DNA from: an uncultured delta proteobacterium
GTDB lineage: Bacteria > Desulfobacterota > Binatia > Binatales > Binataceae
Assembly: GCA_963842085.1 (NCBI GenBank)
Contig: CAWJET010000001.1
Span: 640,001-704,000 of the forward strand
Reading direction: 5' to 3'
Length of the DNA: 64,000 nt
This document shows positions 1 through 9,594 of the stretch, piece after piece; the first letter of the stretch is position 1; each line of letters begins with the position of its first letter. Under the pieces are notes generated by a model. It saw only the letters and a program-made list of their open reading frames with translations, was not told the DNA's origin and did not search any database. The translations under genes were made by a program, and so were the position numbers.

Positions 1-2
1 AG

Positions 3-92
3 GTTCACGCCGAGAGCGAGACTCACCTTCAGGCCGCGCTCGAATACGGCAATTCCGTGCGCCGGCTCGTCCGCTACGACGAAAGCACTTAG
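3..92 (+). CDS. 3' end of a gene entering from the left edge; resembles the C-terminus of thymidine/AMP phosphorylase-family proteins
   Basis: Open frame VHAESETHLQAALEYGNSVRRLVRYDEST* ends at TAG 90-92 and converges on the K+ channel. The HAE...L..A pattern was recalled from the family; only 29 aa are visible. Confidence 0.3.
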   Translation, partial: VHAESETHLQAALEYGNSVRRLVRYDEST

Positions 93-1075
93 GCGGACGC
101 CAGGCGCTTGAGGCTGTCCGATTCGCCGATCACGACGAGTAGATCGTCGGGTTCGATTTGCGTGTCGGCGGCGGGAATCATCTCGAGGGGTTGGTCGTTG
201 CGTTTTAGCGCGACAATTCGGAGCCGCGGATTTTCCCGTTCCACCACCGCGATGGTTTTTCCGACTGCCGGGCTTTGGCGCGAGATCCGAATCTCCTCCA
301 GATCGACTTCGGACTCGCGGCCGGGCACGGACAGTTGCAGAAAATCCACGACCGACGGGCGCAGGATGCTCGCCGCGATTCTCATCCCAGCCCATTGATA
401 GGCCGCGATTACCTGGTCGGCGCCCGCCAGCTTGAGCCGCCGCAGACCCGCATCCGAGTCGCCGCGGGAGTAGATGAGAATTTTGGGATTTTTCTCGCGC
501 GCGGAAAGCGTGATGTACACGTTGTCCGCGTCCGAGCCGGTTGCGACGATAATCGCGCGGGCCGAACCGACGCCGGCATCCTCGAGCACCGAGTCTTCCA
601 GCGCCGAGCCCACAAGGTGCAGCGCGCCGACAGTGTCCAAGTCTGCCTGCTTGGCGGGATCTGCCTCGATCACCACTATCGGCACTGCGTTGTGGGTCAG
701 CTCTTCGACGACCGCGCGGCCGAAACGCCCGAAGCCGCATACGATGACATGGTCCTGCAGATTGTGAATTTTGCGATTCATCGCGCTCTTCCCGAGAAAC
801 TCTCTAAGGCTCCCCTCGATGACGAGTTCTCCGATCACCGAAAACAGGTAAATCGCGCTGCCGACTCCTGTGACTATCAGCCCAATGGTAAAAAGACGAC
901 CAGCCGGGCTGAGCGGCTTTACCTCGCCGAACCCGACCGTCGAGATGGTGATGACGGACATGTAGAAGGCGTCGAGCAGCGACATGTGCTCGATCAGGAT
1001 ATAGCCAACGGCGCCGATCACGGTCATCAGCGCGACCAATGAAACTGCGAGCGCGAATCTGCGAGTCGGGGTCAT
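89..1075 (-). CDS. Potassium channel protein (2TM pore + TrkA-N/RCK + TrkA-C)
   Basis: Selectivity filter TISTVGFGE between two TM helices; Rossmann VIVCGFGRFG; C-terminal TrkA-C. Start placed at MTPTRR (ORF extends to 1147). Confidence 0.92.
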   Translation of the reverse strand: MTPTRRFALAVSLVALMTVIGAVGYILIEHMSLLDAFYMSVITISTVGFGEVKPLSPAGRLFTIGLIVTGVGSAIYLFSVIGELVIEGSLREFLGKSAMNRKIHNLQDHVIVCGFGRFGRAVVEELTHNAVPIVVIEADPAKQADLDTVGALHLVGSALEDSVLEDAGVGSARAIIVATGSDADNVYITLSAREKNPKILIYSRGDSDAGLRRLKLAGADQVIAAYQWAGMRIAASILRPSVVDFLQLSVPGRESEVDLEEIRISRQSPAVGKTIAVVERENPRLRIVALKRNDQPLEMIPAADTQIEPDDLLVVIGESDSLKRLASA

Positions 1076-1306
1076 CGTGCCGGGGCGCAATCCTGTTGAA
1101 CGCGTGATGAGCGGAAATTCCCCGAAGAATTGCATGTCACGCTTCAAATGGGAACGTTTTTCGGGATCTCCGCGTCGCGCAGTCCCCTGGGACCGAACAG
1201 CTTTTTGTTCCCTTTGGAGCCACTTGCTGGATGGTCTCTGGCTCCTTTCATCACAGATCTGCCGTCAGACAAATTGATTTCATAGGGAGTCGCTGAGAGC
1301 AGTCTG

Positions 1307-1322
1307 TGGCACGGCTAATGCT
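1307..1322 (+). promoter_or_regulatory. Sigma-54 (-24/-12) promoter upstream of hsp20
   Basis: TGGCACGGCTAATGCT = GG-N10-GC with TGGCAC core, about 40 nt before the AGGAGG-preceded ATG 1364. Confidence 0.65.
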
Positions 1323-1363
1323 GCCTCTCTTGCATCAAAACAGATCTGCCAGGAGGTACAACT

Positions 1364-1846
1364 ATGGGCTTTCTTGAAAAATGGAGCCCGTCAACTGATC
1401 TTGATCGATTGCGGCACGAGTTCGACGAGTTGCTCGGACACTTCGGTTTCGACCGAGCCGAGCTTAAGGGATTTCCCACGACGTCGAACCGTCCCGCGAT
1501 CGAATCGTCGGTGGACGGGGACAAGTTCGTCGTGCGCGTCGATCTGCCGGGAGTCGATCCCAAGAATATCGACGTGCAAGTTGTAAACGGGATCTTGACG
1601 GTCAAAGGCACGCGGGAGGAAAAGCGCGAATCGGACAAGGCGTCGGTGTACCGCCGTGAAATTCGCTATGGTTCATTCGAGCGGGCGATCAGCCTGCCTG
1701 ATGGAATCAAGGCGGAAAACCTGACCGCCGTGCATCGCGACGGCGTGCTGGAGTTGAGCGCTCCCATGCCCAAAGAGGCAGCGGCCAAGACCGTCAAGAT
1801 TCAGGTCGAGGAAAAGAAGCCGGAGGTGACAAAGAAGGCTGCCTGA
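1364..1846 (+). CDS. Hsp20/alpha-crystallin small heat-shock protein
   Basis: VDLPGV...YGSFERAISLP...A...DGVLEL motifs; strong RBS. Confidence 0.95.
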   Translation: MGFLEKWSPSTDLDRLRHEFDELLGHFGFDRAELKGFPTTSNRPAIESSVDGDKFVVRVDLPGVDPKNIDVQVVNGILTVKGTREEKRESDKASVYRREIRYGSFERAISLPDGIKAENLTAVHRDGVLELSAPMPKEAAAKTVKIQVEEKKPEVTKKAA

Positions 1847-1910
1847 TTCGAAGCCTGTAGCGGAGGCTGCTATTTACTATGGCAACGCGATGAGCGCAGA
1901 TTAAAAGGAG

Positions 1911-2360
1911 ATGGCCGCAGTTTTTTCGAGAATACTGTGCCCAATCGACTTCGAGCGTGACTCGATGGACGCGCTTGAGTTCGCGTGCCGACTAGCGAAG
2001 CAGAACTCCGCTACAGTCTGTTTGTTGACCGTGATTGGCGTACCGGCCGGCGCCGCAACCGCATTGCCGCCGGTCCCTCTAGTTGCCGACGAGGAATTCA
2101 AAGCAGAGTACCGCGACCGACTGGAAGCGATTGCGCAGGAGAAGCTGGCCGGGGTTCCACATGAGAATTTCGCCGCGAGCGGAAACGCGGCGGTGGAAAT
2201 CCTCAATCTCGCCGCCGCCCAGCACATCGACTTGATCGTGATGGGCACACACGCCCGCACCGGGGTGAAGCACTTCCTGCTCGGCAGCGTGGCGGAGCGC
2301 GTGGTTCGCGAATCGCCGGTTCCCGTCCTGACAATCCATCCCACAGCCGCCGGCGGATGA
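1911..2360 (+). CDS. Universal stress protein (UspA family)
   Basis: ILCPIDF...DLIVMGTH...LLGSVAERVVRESPVPVL. Confidence 0.95.
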   Translation: MAAVFSRILCPIDFERDSMDALEFACRLAKQNSATVCLLTVIGVPAGAATALPPVPLVADEEFKAEYRDRLEAIAQEKLAGVPHENFAASGNAAVEILNLAAAQHIDLIVMGTHARTGVKHFLLGSVAERVVRESPVPVLTIHPTAAGG

Positions 2361-2368
2361 ATTCGGCG

Positions 2369-2827
2369 TCAAGCGGCCTTTCGCGCGTTGGCCTTTGAAT
2401 GGGCTGTCAGAACCGGCGTCGGCGACTCCCGCACGACCCGCTCGGCGACACTGCCGAGAACCAGATGCCCCAAGCCCTTGCGGCCGTGCGTACCCATAAC
2501 GACTAAGTCGGCTTCGATGCTGCGCGCGGCGTCGAGTATCTGCTCAGCCGGATCGCCGCTTACGACGAGTGTTTCGTAGCGCACCAAGCCGGGAACCTTT
2601 TCCCGCCCGAGCTTTGCAAGCTGCTGCTGCCTGTCCTTTTCAACGTATGGGTAACGATCCAAAGGAACCGGCTGGAATCCCGCGGCGCCGGCAGGCACCG
2701 GCGCGACATTCAGCAGGTACAGCTTGGCATCGTTCTGCTCCACTACCTTCAGCGCGACATCGAGGGCCGCCAACGAGTGCTCCGAAAAGTCAATCGGACA
2801 CAGGACCTTTCGAAATAGCTGAATCAT
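2369..2827 (-). CDS. Universal stress protein (UspA family)
   Basis: VLCPIDF...DLVVMGTHGRKG...LGSVAERVVR. Confidence 0.95.
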   Translation of the reverse strand: MIQLFRKVLCPIDFSEHSLAALDVALKVVEQNDAKLYLLNVAPVPAGAAGFQPVPLDRYPYVEKDRQQQLAKLGREKVPGLVRYETLVVSGDPAEQILDAARSIEADLVVMGTHGRKGLGHLVLGSVAERVVRESPTPVLTAHSKANARKAA

Positions 2828-2858
2828 CGTTGCCTCCTCCGTTTCGCGCTACTGCGGG

Positions 2859-3335
2859 TTACTCCTCGACCGACTCCTTCAGTTCTTCGGGCGGCGTCCA
2901 GACGTAGCGCGATGGCTCGTCGACATCACCCTCGCCGGGGTGTCTGCGCTCGTTGTGCTTTTTCTGGCAATCGAGGCAAAAGGCGGCGAACGGCATCGCT
3001 CTCAACCGTTCAATCGGGATCTCCTGCTTGCATTTTTCGCAGATTCCGTAACGACCGCGCTCGAGGCGGCTGAACGCGGCATCGATTGCCTTGAGCCGAT
3101 ATTCGTATCGCTCGATCAGGCCGGCATCGGTCTCCACGTCTTCCAGGGAACGGGCCACGTCCAACCCGTCGGCAGGCAGTTCCACCGCGTCCTCCAGCTC
3201 TTCCTTGCGGAGCACGTGTACCCGAGCGAGTGCTTCGGCGCGCGCCCGCGCCAGCATCTGGCCCAGATAGTATGGCCGGGCGTCGTTTGGGATTTGCCGC
3301 GGTGTCCTGATTTTCCCGCCGGTCCTGGATTTCAT
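2859..3335 (-). CDS. TraR/DksA C4-type zinc-finger transcription factor
   Basis: Coiled coil with DGLDVA (DxxDxA) tip; GRYGICEKC...RLRAMP.A.FCLDC zinc finger. Confidence 0.88.
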   Translation of the reverse strand: MKSRTGGKIRTPRQIPNDARPYYLGQMLARARAEALARVHVLRKEELEDAVELPADGLDVARSLEDVETDAGLIERYEYRLKAIDAAFSRLERGRYGICEKCKQEIPIERLRAMPFAAFCLDCQKKHNERRHPGEGDVDEPSRYVWTPPEELKESVEE

Positions 3336-3381
3336 ATGAACTCCCCGCAGAGCTTAAGAGATGCAAGTCGCAAAGAGATCA

Positions 3382-3397
3382 AGCAATTCGCGGACCA
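3382..3397 (-). promoter_or_regulatory. Sigma-54 promoter upstream of dksA-like/usp
   Basis: Minus strand TGGTCCGCGAATTGCT (GG-N10-GC, TTGC at -12), about 45 nt upstream of the start. Confidence 0.55.
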
Positions 3398-3548
3398 CTA
3401 ATTGAATCGCAAAACGAGCCTATGAAAGGACCATTGTGTCTCGAATGTGTGGCGCGATCGGATACAGCAGATTGGTCGCGGCGTCGCCTTACGCTGCATA
3501 CGGCGTCGCGAATCCGGCGCAAATGCCGATCTGGCCGTCTTTTGTGAA

Positions 3549-3563
3549 TGGCACGGAAGCTGC
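3549..3563 (+). promoter_or_regulatory. Sigma-54 promoter upstream of small ORF / CoA-transferase / CBS operon
   Basis: TGGCACGGAAGCTGC (GG-N10-GC), 26 nt before ATG 3590. Confidence 0.65.
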
Positions 3564-3589
3564 CTTAACTCCGCAGAGGGTCAAGCTTT

Positions 3590-3772
3590 ATGCCAGTCGG
3601 GGTGGTCAAAACTCCAGAAGACGAGATCGCGTGGGAACGCGCGAAGGAGCGCGCTCGCGAGCAGTATCCTGATGCGAGCGGGGCGCAGTTCTACAGAATT
3701 GTGATGGCTATCTACAAGAAGATGACTCACTACACGCCCGCCTCGCGACGGCGCACGAAGATTGCCTGGTAG
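3590..3772 (+). CDS. Small helical hypothetical protein (60 aa; ChaB-like appearance)
   Basis: MPVGVVKTPEDEIAWERAKERAREQYP...FYRIVMAIYKKM is protein-like; GAGGG RBS; lies between the promoter and the CoA-transferase. Confidence 0.65.
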   Translation: MPVGVVKTPEDEIAWERAKERAREQYPDASGAQFYRIVMAIYKKMTHYTPASRRRTKIAW

Positions 3773-3782
3773 CGATCCGCGC

Positions 3783-5093
3783 ATGTACGAAGCTGAATAC
3801 AAGTCCAAGTGGATGGCGCCTGCGGACGCCGTGGAGTTGATCCCGACGCGCGGCACCCTTTCGATGGGCATGGCGGTCAGCGAGCCGCCCGCTCTGTTGA
3901 CGGCGCTGGAGAATCGGGTGAAGGCCGGCAGGATCGAGGAGCTTCGGGTCTATTATTCGCACTCGATCACTCCTGCCGCCTTCACGATTCTGAAGTACGA
4001 ATACATGAAGGTCATCAAGCCGCATCCGTTCTTTCCGACGGTCGTTGAACGGCGGCTGTTCGAGCAGGGCCAGCAGGACGATCGGCGCGTGGTCTTCTAC
4101 ATGCCGGGCAATTTCAGCGCGATGCCACGGACGCTGCGCGAAATCGGAATCGACGCGTTCGTCATGATGGTCGCGCCGATGGACAAGGGCGGATTCTTCA
4201 GCTGCGGCACCAACGCCGACTACACGATCCCCACCGCGCGAATCGCAAGGAAATTGATCGTCGAGGTCAATCCCAGGATGCCGCGGGTGTTCGGCGATTC
4301 GTCGGTGCACATCTCGGAAGTCGCGGCGATCGTCGAAAACGAGAGTCCGCTGTTCTCGGTGCCTTCGCGGCCGCTGACGCAGTTGGACCAGGTCATCAGC
4401 AAGCACATAGTCGAGATGATCCCGGACCGCGCTACACTCCAGGTAGGAATCGGCGGAGTACCCAGTGCGGTGTGCGCCGCCCTGCACGGCCACAAGGACT
4501 TGGGCATCCACAGCGAGCTCATGATGCCGTCGCTGGCGGCGTTGGTTGAGTCCGGCGCAGTCACGAACAGGTACAAGACCCTGAATCGATACAAGAACGT
4601 GTACACCCTGGCGGTTGGCGACGAACCCTTCTACGAGTTTCTAAACGACAATTCGAGCATGGAGGCTCGCCCGGTCGATTATGTGAATGACCCGAATGTC
4701 ATCGGGCAGAACGATCGAGTAATCTCGATCAATGCGTTCCTCGAGGTCGGACTGGACGGCGAGGTTAATTCTGAAGCGATAATGGGCAAGCAGTACAGCG
4801 CGCCGGGCGGCCAGTTGGATTTTATCCGCGGCGCACAGCTATCGAACGGCGGCAAATCGATTCTCGCCGCCTACTCGAGCGCGGGCAAGGGCGCCATCTC
4901 CCGCATCGTCCCCAAGATCGAAGGACCGACCACCGATCCAAGAACCGATACTCAGTATGTCGTTACCGAATACGGGGTGGCCTGCCTTACCGGCAAATCG
5001 ACCGCGCAAAGAGCCGAAGCGTTGATTGCCATCGCTCATCCGCAATTTCGCGAGGGACTTCGTCTGGGCGCGCGGCAATTGGGTTACCTGTAA
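3783..5093 (+). CDS. Acetyl-CoA hydrolase/4-hydroxybutyrate CoA-transferase family protein
   Basis: EVNPRMPRVFG, TLQVGIGGVP, DLGIHSE (catalytic Glu), GGQLDFIRGA, VVTEYG. Confidence 0.92.
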   Translation: MYEAEYKSKWMAPADAVELIPTRGTLSMGMAVSEPPALLTALENRVKAGRIEELRVYYSHSITPAAFTILKYEYMKVIKPHPFFPTVVERRLFEQGQQDDRRVVFYMPGNFSAMPRTLREIGIDAFVMMVAPMDKGGFFSCGTNADYTIPTARIARKLIVEVNPRMPRVFGDSSVHISEVAAIVENESPLFSVPSRPLTQLDQVISKHIVEMIPDRATLQVGIGGVPSAVCAALHGHKDLGIHSELMMPSLAALVESGAVTNRYKTLNRYKNVYTLAVGDEPFYEFLNDNSSMEARPVDYVNDPNVIGQNDRVISINAFLEVGLDGEVNSEAIMGKQYSAPGGQLDFIRGAQLSNGGKSILAAYSSAGKGAISRIVPKIEGPTTDPRTDTQYVVTEYGVACLTGKSTAQRAEALIAIAHPQFREGLRLGARQLGYL

Positions 5094-5114
5094 AATGCTT
5101 GCGGAGAAGTCAGC

Positions 5115-5537
5115 ATGAAAGAACTTAAAGTGCGCGATGTCATGACAGCTGATCCCACCACCCTTAAGCGCAATGACAAGCTCACGCTGGCCGACGACAT
5201 CATGCGCCTGGGGCGGGTTCGCCATTTGCCGGTGGTCGATGATGACAGCGAGCATCTGGTCGGGATCGTGAGCCAGCGCGATCTGTTTCGCGACGCGCTT
5301 GCCCAGGCACTTGGCTACGGCAGGCACGCTCAGCGGAAGATCCTGGACACGCTGGCGGTGAAAGACGTGATGGCCACCGATCTAGCCACCACCAGCCCCG
5401 ATACCTCCCTGGTTGAAGCAGCCAAGGTCCTGACTGAACGGAAGATCGGCTGTCTGCCGGTGGTCGAAAATGGGCGCCTGATCGGGATCCTGACGGAGGG
5501 TGATTTCGTCGCCCTGGTCGCGCGCCGATCCGATTGA
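5115..5537 (+). CDS. CBS-domain protein (tandem CBS pair)
   Basis: VRDVMT...RHLPVVD...GIVSQRD and IGCLPVV...GILTEGD. Confidence 0.92.
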   Translation: MKELKVRDVMTADPTTLKRNDKLTLADDIMRLGRVRHLPVVDDDSEHLVGIVSQRDLFRDALAQALGYGRHAQRKILDTLAVKDVMATDLATTSPDTSLVEAAKVLTERKIGCLPVVENGRLIGILTEGDFVALVARRSD

Positions 5538-5641
5538 CAGGATTTCTCGTCTCCAGTCACACGCGCGCTCACCCCTTCCTCCGTTTGCAAGATACCTCAA
5601 TAGAGGTCATCACATGGAAGACACCAGCCGAGGAAGGGACC

Positions 5642-7906
5642 ATGTCGTACAAGCATCCATCGGGCGAGGAATTTGGCGGCGTCATCGGCCGCACGATCGC
5701 GGAGTCGAGACCGTGGTGGCCTGAGCCGAAACTCGCGCAGGGCGCGCCGAACGTCGTAATCGTAGTGCTCGACGATAGCGGCTTTGCGCATCTGGGCTGC
5801 TATGGCTCGACCATCGAGACGCCCAACCTCGACAGGCTGGCCGCCGCGGGCCTGCGTTTCACGGGTTTTCACACCACCGCGCTGTGCTCGCCGTCGCGCG
5901 CGTGCCTGCTCACCGGACGCAATCATCACGCGGTCGGGATGCGCGCCATCTCCAACATGGACACCGGCTTTCCCAACATGCGCGGCGCGATTCCGCGCTC
6001 GGCCGCGACGCTGGCCGAGGTTTTGCGCGACCATGGTCACGCGACGTTCGCCGCCGGCAAGTGGCACCTCGCGCCGATGGCGGAATGCACCGCGGCGGGC
6101 CCTTTGCACAACTGGCCGCTGCAGCGCGGATTCGATCGCTTCTACGGATTCCTGCAGGGTGAGACCGATCAGTTCTATCCGGAACTGACGTCCGACAATC
6201 ACTTCGTCGATACACCCGGCACGGTGGCCGAGGGCTATCACGTGTCCGAGGATATCGTTGACCGCTCGATTGGTTTCATTCGCGACACCAAGTCGCTGGT
6301 GCCCGAACGGCCATTCTTCCTTTACCTGGCCTTCGGCGCGACTCATTCGCCGCATCAGTCGCCGCGCAGCTATCTCGAAAAATATCGCGGACGGTTCGAT
6401 TCGGGCTGGGACGCGGCGCGCGAGGAGTGGTTCGCGCGGCAAAAGCAATTCGGCATCGTGCCCAACGACACGCGGCTCGCGCCGCACAATCCGGGCGTGA
6501 AGCCGTGGGCGCAGCTATCCGAAAGGGAGCGGCTGTTCGCGGCGCGGCTGCAGGAGGCGTTCGCGGCGATGCTGGATCATACCGACGCCCAGATCGGGCG
6601 CCTGGTCGCGTTTCTGAAAGAGCTCAACCTGCTCGACGATACGCTGCTCATCGCGATGTCCGACAACGGCGCCAGCCAGGAAGGCAGCCCGCTCGGTGTG
6701 CTCGACGAGATGCGTTACTTCAACGGCATGCGCGAGGATCTCGATGCGGCGGTCGCGCGGCTGGACGACATCGGCGGACCAAACAGCCATTCGAACATAC
6801 CGTGGGGATGGGCGCAGGCGGGTAACACGCCGCTGAAGTGGTACAAACAGAATACTCATGGCGGCGGAGTGAGGGATCCGCTGGTTATTCATTGGCCCGC
6901 CAAGCTCGGAACGCCAGGACAAATCTGCCGCCAGTTCTGTCACGCGATCGATCTCGCGCCGACCGTGATGGATCTGCTGAATATCGAGCCGCCGAGCGTG
7001 GTCGCCGGGGTGCCGCAAATGCCGGTTCATGGCGTCAGTCTTGCGCCAGCGCTTACCGATCCGAATGCAGCGACGGCGAGAAGCACGCAGTACTTCGAGA
7101 TGCTCGGACACAGGGGGATTTGGCACCGCGGCTGGAAGGCGGTGACGCATCACGAGTCGGGCACGCCGTTCGACGAGGACAAGTGGGAGCTTTACCATCT
7201 CGACGAGGATTTCTCGGAGTGCAATGACCTGGCCGCCGCCGAGCCCAAGCGCCTCAAGGAAATGGTGGAGCTTTGGTGGGCCGAGGCGGAACGTCACGGG
7301 GTGCTGCCGCTCGACGATCGCGGGGCCGCGATGCTGTTCCGCGCCGCAATGCGGCCCGGGCTGCCGACCTCGCGCCGGCGGTTCGTCTACTATCCGCCCA
7401 TCTCACACATCGTCGCCGATGCGTGTCCATCGACCGCGCGCGGGTGGACCATGACCGTCGAACTCGAGCATCCGTCCACCGAGGCCGACGGCGCGCTGGT
7501 CGCGCGTGGCAGCAGCAACAGCGGGTTCGTGCTGTACGTAAAACAGGGCCGAGTGAAGTTCGACTACAACTGCTTTCATCAGCACACCATGGTCGCGTCG
7601 GAGAATCGGCTGGCCGCGGGCCGCCACCAGATCGTCGTGAAGATCGAGAAGACCGACAAGACCGCAGCGCGCGCGGCGCTGCTGGTCGACGGCGTCAAGG
7701 CGGAAGAAGGGCAAATCGCGAACCTGCTGCGCATAATCTCCAGCACTGGAATGGATCTGGGGCGCAGTCTTTCGCCGGTCAACGCGGATTACCAATCGCC
7801 GTTCAAGTATTCGGGACGGATTCCAAGCGTGGTGTTCGAATTGGCGGCCGGACCGCAGGATCGCGAGATCGACGCCCAAGTGCGCGCCGCCATGACGCGG
7901 CAGTAG
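5642..7906 (+). CDS. Arylsulfatase (FGly-dependent, Cys type) with C-terminal LamG-like domain
   Basis: PNVVIVVLDD, CSPSRACLLTGR signature, GKWHL, SDNGA; start at MSYKHP. Confidence 0.93.
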   Translation: MSYKHPSGEEFGGVIGRTIAESRPWWPEPKLAQGAPNVVIVVLDDSGFAHLGCYGSTIETPNLDRLAAAGLRFTGFHTTALCSPSRACLLTGRNHHAVGMRAISNMDTGFPNMRGAIPRSAATLAEVLRDHGHATFAAGKWHLAPMAECTAAGPLHNWPLQRGFDRFYGFLQGETDQFYPELTSDNHFVDTPGTVAEGYHVSEDIVDRSIGFIRDTKSLVPERPFFLYLAFGATHSPHQSPRSYLEKYRGRFDSGWDAAREEWFARQKQFGIVPNDTRLAPHNPGVKPWAQLSERERLFAARLQEAFAAMLDHTDAQIGRLVAFLKELNLLDDTLLIAMSDNGASQEGSPLGVLDEMRYFNGMREDLDAAVARLDDIGGPNSHSNIPWGWAQAGNTPLKWYKQNTHGGGVRDPLVIHWPAKLGTPGQICRQFCHAIDLAPTVMDLLNIEPPSVVAGVPQMPVHGVSLAPALTDPNAATARSTQYFEMLGHRGIWHRGWKAVTHHESGTPFDEDKWELYHLDEDFSECNDLAAAEPKRLKEMVELWWAEAERHGVLPLDDRGAAMLFRAAMRPGLPTSRRRFVYYPPISHIVADACPSTARGWTMTVELEHPSTEADGALVARGSSNSGFVLYVKQGRVKFDYNCFHQHTMVASENRLAAGRHQIVVKIEKTDKTAARAALLVDGVKAEEGQIANLLRIISSTGMDLGRSLSPVNADYQSPFKYSGRIPSVVFELAAGPQDREIDAQVRAAMTRQ

Positions 7907-7910
7907 CTGT

Positions 7911-7941
7911 GGCGGGCGCACGCTGTAATCGAGCGCTCGCC
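7911..7941. terminator. Hairpin between convergent sulfatase and PhyH genes
   Basis: GGCGGGCGC-N13-GCGCTCGCC inverted repeat; no clear U-tract. Confidence 0.35.
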
Positions 7942-7960
7942 TGACGCGGAGCTGGAGCGA

Positions 7961-8728
7961 TCAGTACAGCCCGTTTCTCGACAGATCGCGCGCGAGCGAG
8001 TTGGCGAATTCGAGCCCCAGCAACTGGCGAAGTTTCGGCGTCGCGCGTTCCAGCACGGCAGGGGGAACTTTCGCTATCTCCGAATCGAGCGGCCGAATGA
8101 CCTTGAGACCATAGTTGATCAAAAGGGCCACGCGCGGCTCTGCGGTGTGATTTTGCGAAGTGTTGTGCCACAGCAGCCCGTGAGAAACGATCGCATCGCC
8201 GGCGGCGCCGGTTATCTTGATCGCCTCGCGCGCGAAATCCTCGCGATTGGGCCGTGCGCAGCGCAATTGGCTGCGCGGCGCGACCAGCGTCGCGCCGTTG
8301 CGTTCGGTGAAATCCTGCAGCATCCAGATCACTTGAACCATCAAGGGCGGCCGGAGCGTGAACGGCCCACGCATCGCCCAGTATGGGTAGTCGACGTGAA
8401 CCCCCATCTCGGTCGCTCCTGGATACAGAATCCGCGCGGAGTATGCGCCGAGCGTCATGTCGTCGCCGAGCATCGCCTCGGCGATTTCGACAATCGCCGG
8501 ATGCTGCGCCATGCGCTCGAATATCTCGCCATGCGCGAGCAGCCCGCGAACGTGTTGCTGGCCAATCCTTTCATTGCGCCTGCCGAGGGTGGAAACGGAC
8601 GGCGAGGCGGCAATCTCCAGGGCGCGCGAGCGCGCATCCGCCGCTTCGGAGACGGCCATCAAATTCGGGATGAGAACGAATCCCGGCCCATCGATCAGTT
8701 GTTCCACGATCGCGGATAGAGCTGGCAT
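7961..8728 (-). CDS. Phytanoyl-CoA dioxygenase (PhyH) family Fe(II)/2OG oxygenase
   Basis: HVD...WH facial triad; DFTERNGAT.VAPRSQ; R.ALLINY. Confidence 0.88.
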   Translation of the reverse strand: MPALSAIVEQLIDGPGFVLIPNLMAVSEAADARSRALEIAASPSVSTLGRRNERIGQQHVRGLLAHGEIFERMAQHPAIVEIAEAMLGDDMTLGAYSARILYPGATEMGVHVDYPYWAMRGPFTLRPPLMVQVIWMLQDFTERNGATLVAPRSQLRCARPNREDFAREAIKITGAAGDAIVSHGLLWHNTSQNHTAEPRVALLINYGLKVIRPLDSEIAKVPPAVLERATPKLRQLLGLEFANSLARDLSRNGLY

Positions 8729-8875
8729 AGTGGTCTCCCTCGCGCTGGTTCAGGCTCGATCTCGGATAGCACAATCGCGCCGACCCGATTGAAGCGGACA
8801 TGCATCGCGCTTCTCGCCATTAATTTCGGCATCGGGCGCAACGAGTTGATCGGCCGGTTTGTCAATGGAGTTGCC

Positions 8876-9517
8876 TCAGGCGGCGCCGCGCGTCGCTTCG
8901 CGGAGCTTTCTTCCCAGAGCAGCCGCTTCGCCCGAAAGCGGATTCGTCGTTATGACCCTGATGTCTTTGGCGAGGTAGCGCTCAACCGCATGCAACATCC
9001 CGATGAACAGAATCCCAATCTCGCCGGGCTGCAGAGTGCGAGCGATTCGCTGTGCCATGAATCGGTCGCGCTTCTCAATCAGCGCCGCGCCTTCTTCGAC
9101 CGTCGGCCCAGCTTTCGCCGCCGCGCCTGATTGGGCGAGGAGCTGTTTCACGCGCTGGTATTCCTCGATCAGAAGCTCCCCGGATTCTGTGCCCATTATG
9201 GTCGCACCCTCTTTGGCAAGCTCCGCTATGATGCGATGATTGCGGCTCCCCGCTTGAGCAAGCTCGTTGACGATTTCCATCTCACGTCCGCAGACTGGGA
9301 GGCCGTCCTGGTAAATCCGCACTCTGGCGTGGGGCACAGCGACTTCGGCAAGCATCGTTTCGATATTGTCCCAAAGGTCACCGACGACGGCTTCTCTCTT
9401 TTGGAGCGAGCGCGGATGAAGTTCCTTGGCGAGCCGGCTCCCGATTTCCTTCGCCAGCGTGCCCATCTCGGCCTGGGTATGAATTATCGGTATATGAATG
9501 AGGACTCTGTCCGCCAC
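8876..9517 (-). CDS. Hypothetical protein at the end of the gas-vesicle operon
   Basis: 213-aa ORF co-directional with gvp genes; motifs IPIIH, IYQDGLP, GSRNH, GTES, RD.FMA.RI, FIGMLH. Confidence 0.8.
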   Translation of the reverse strand: MADRVLIHIPIIHTQAEMGTLAKEIGSRLAKELHPRSLQKREAVVGDLWDNIETMLAEVAVPHARVRIYQDGLPVCGREMEIVNELAQAGSRNHRIIAELAKEGATIMGTESGELLIEEYQRVKQLLAQSGAAAKAGPTVEEGAALIEKRDRFMAQRIARTLQPGEIGILFIGMLHAVERYLAKDIRVITTNPLSGEAAALGRKLREATRGAA

Positions 9518-9594
9518 GGGCTACCTATATACCTCAGGTCGCAGAGCGTAAACGCGAGCGGCGCGTCAAATCGCGAAGATATAGCGCTTAGATG

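Noticed and set aside
1-92. AMP phosphorylase / form III RuBisCO nucleoside-salvage link
   Set aside because: Only 29 residues of the edge gene are visible, and the RuBisCO here is form I with cbbS, cbbX and PRK, i.e. a Calvin cycle.
3783-8728. CoA-transferase or PhyH alpha-oxidation as the formyl-CoA source for the HypX-like protein
   Set aside because: About 30 kb away in other transcription units. The transferase is family I rather than Frc-type, and no 2-hydroxyacyl-CoA lyase is present.
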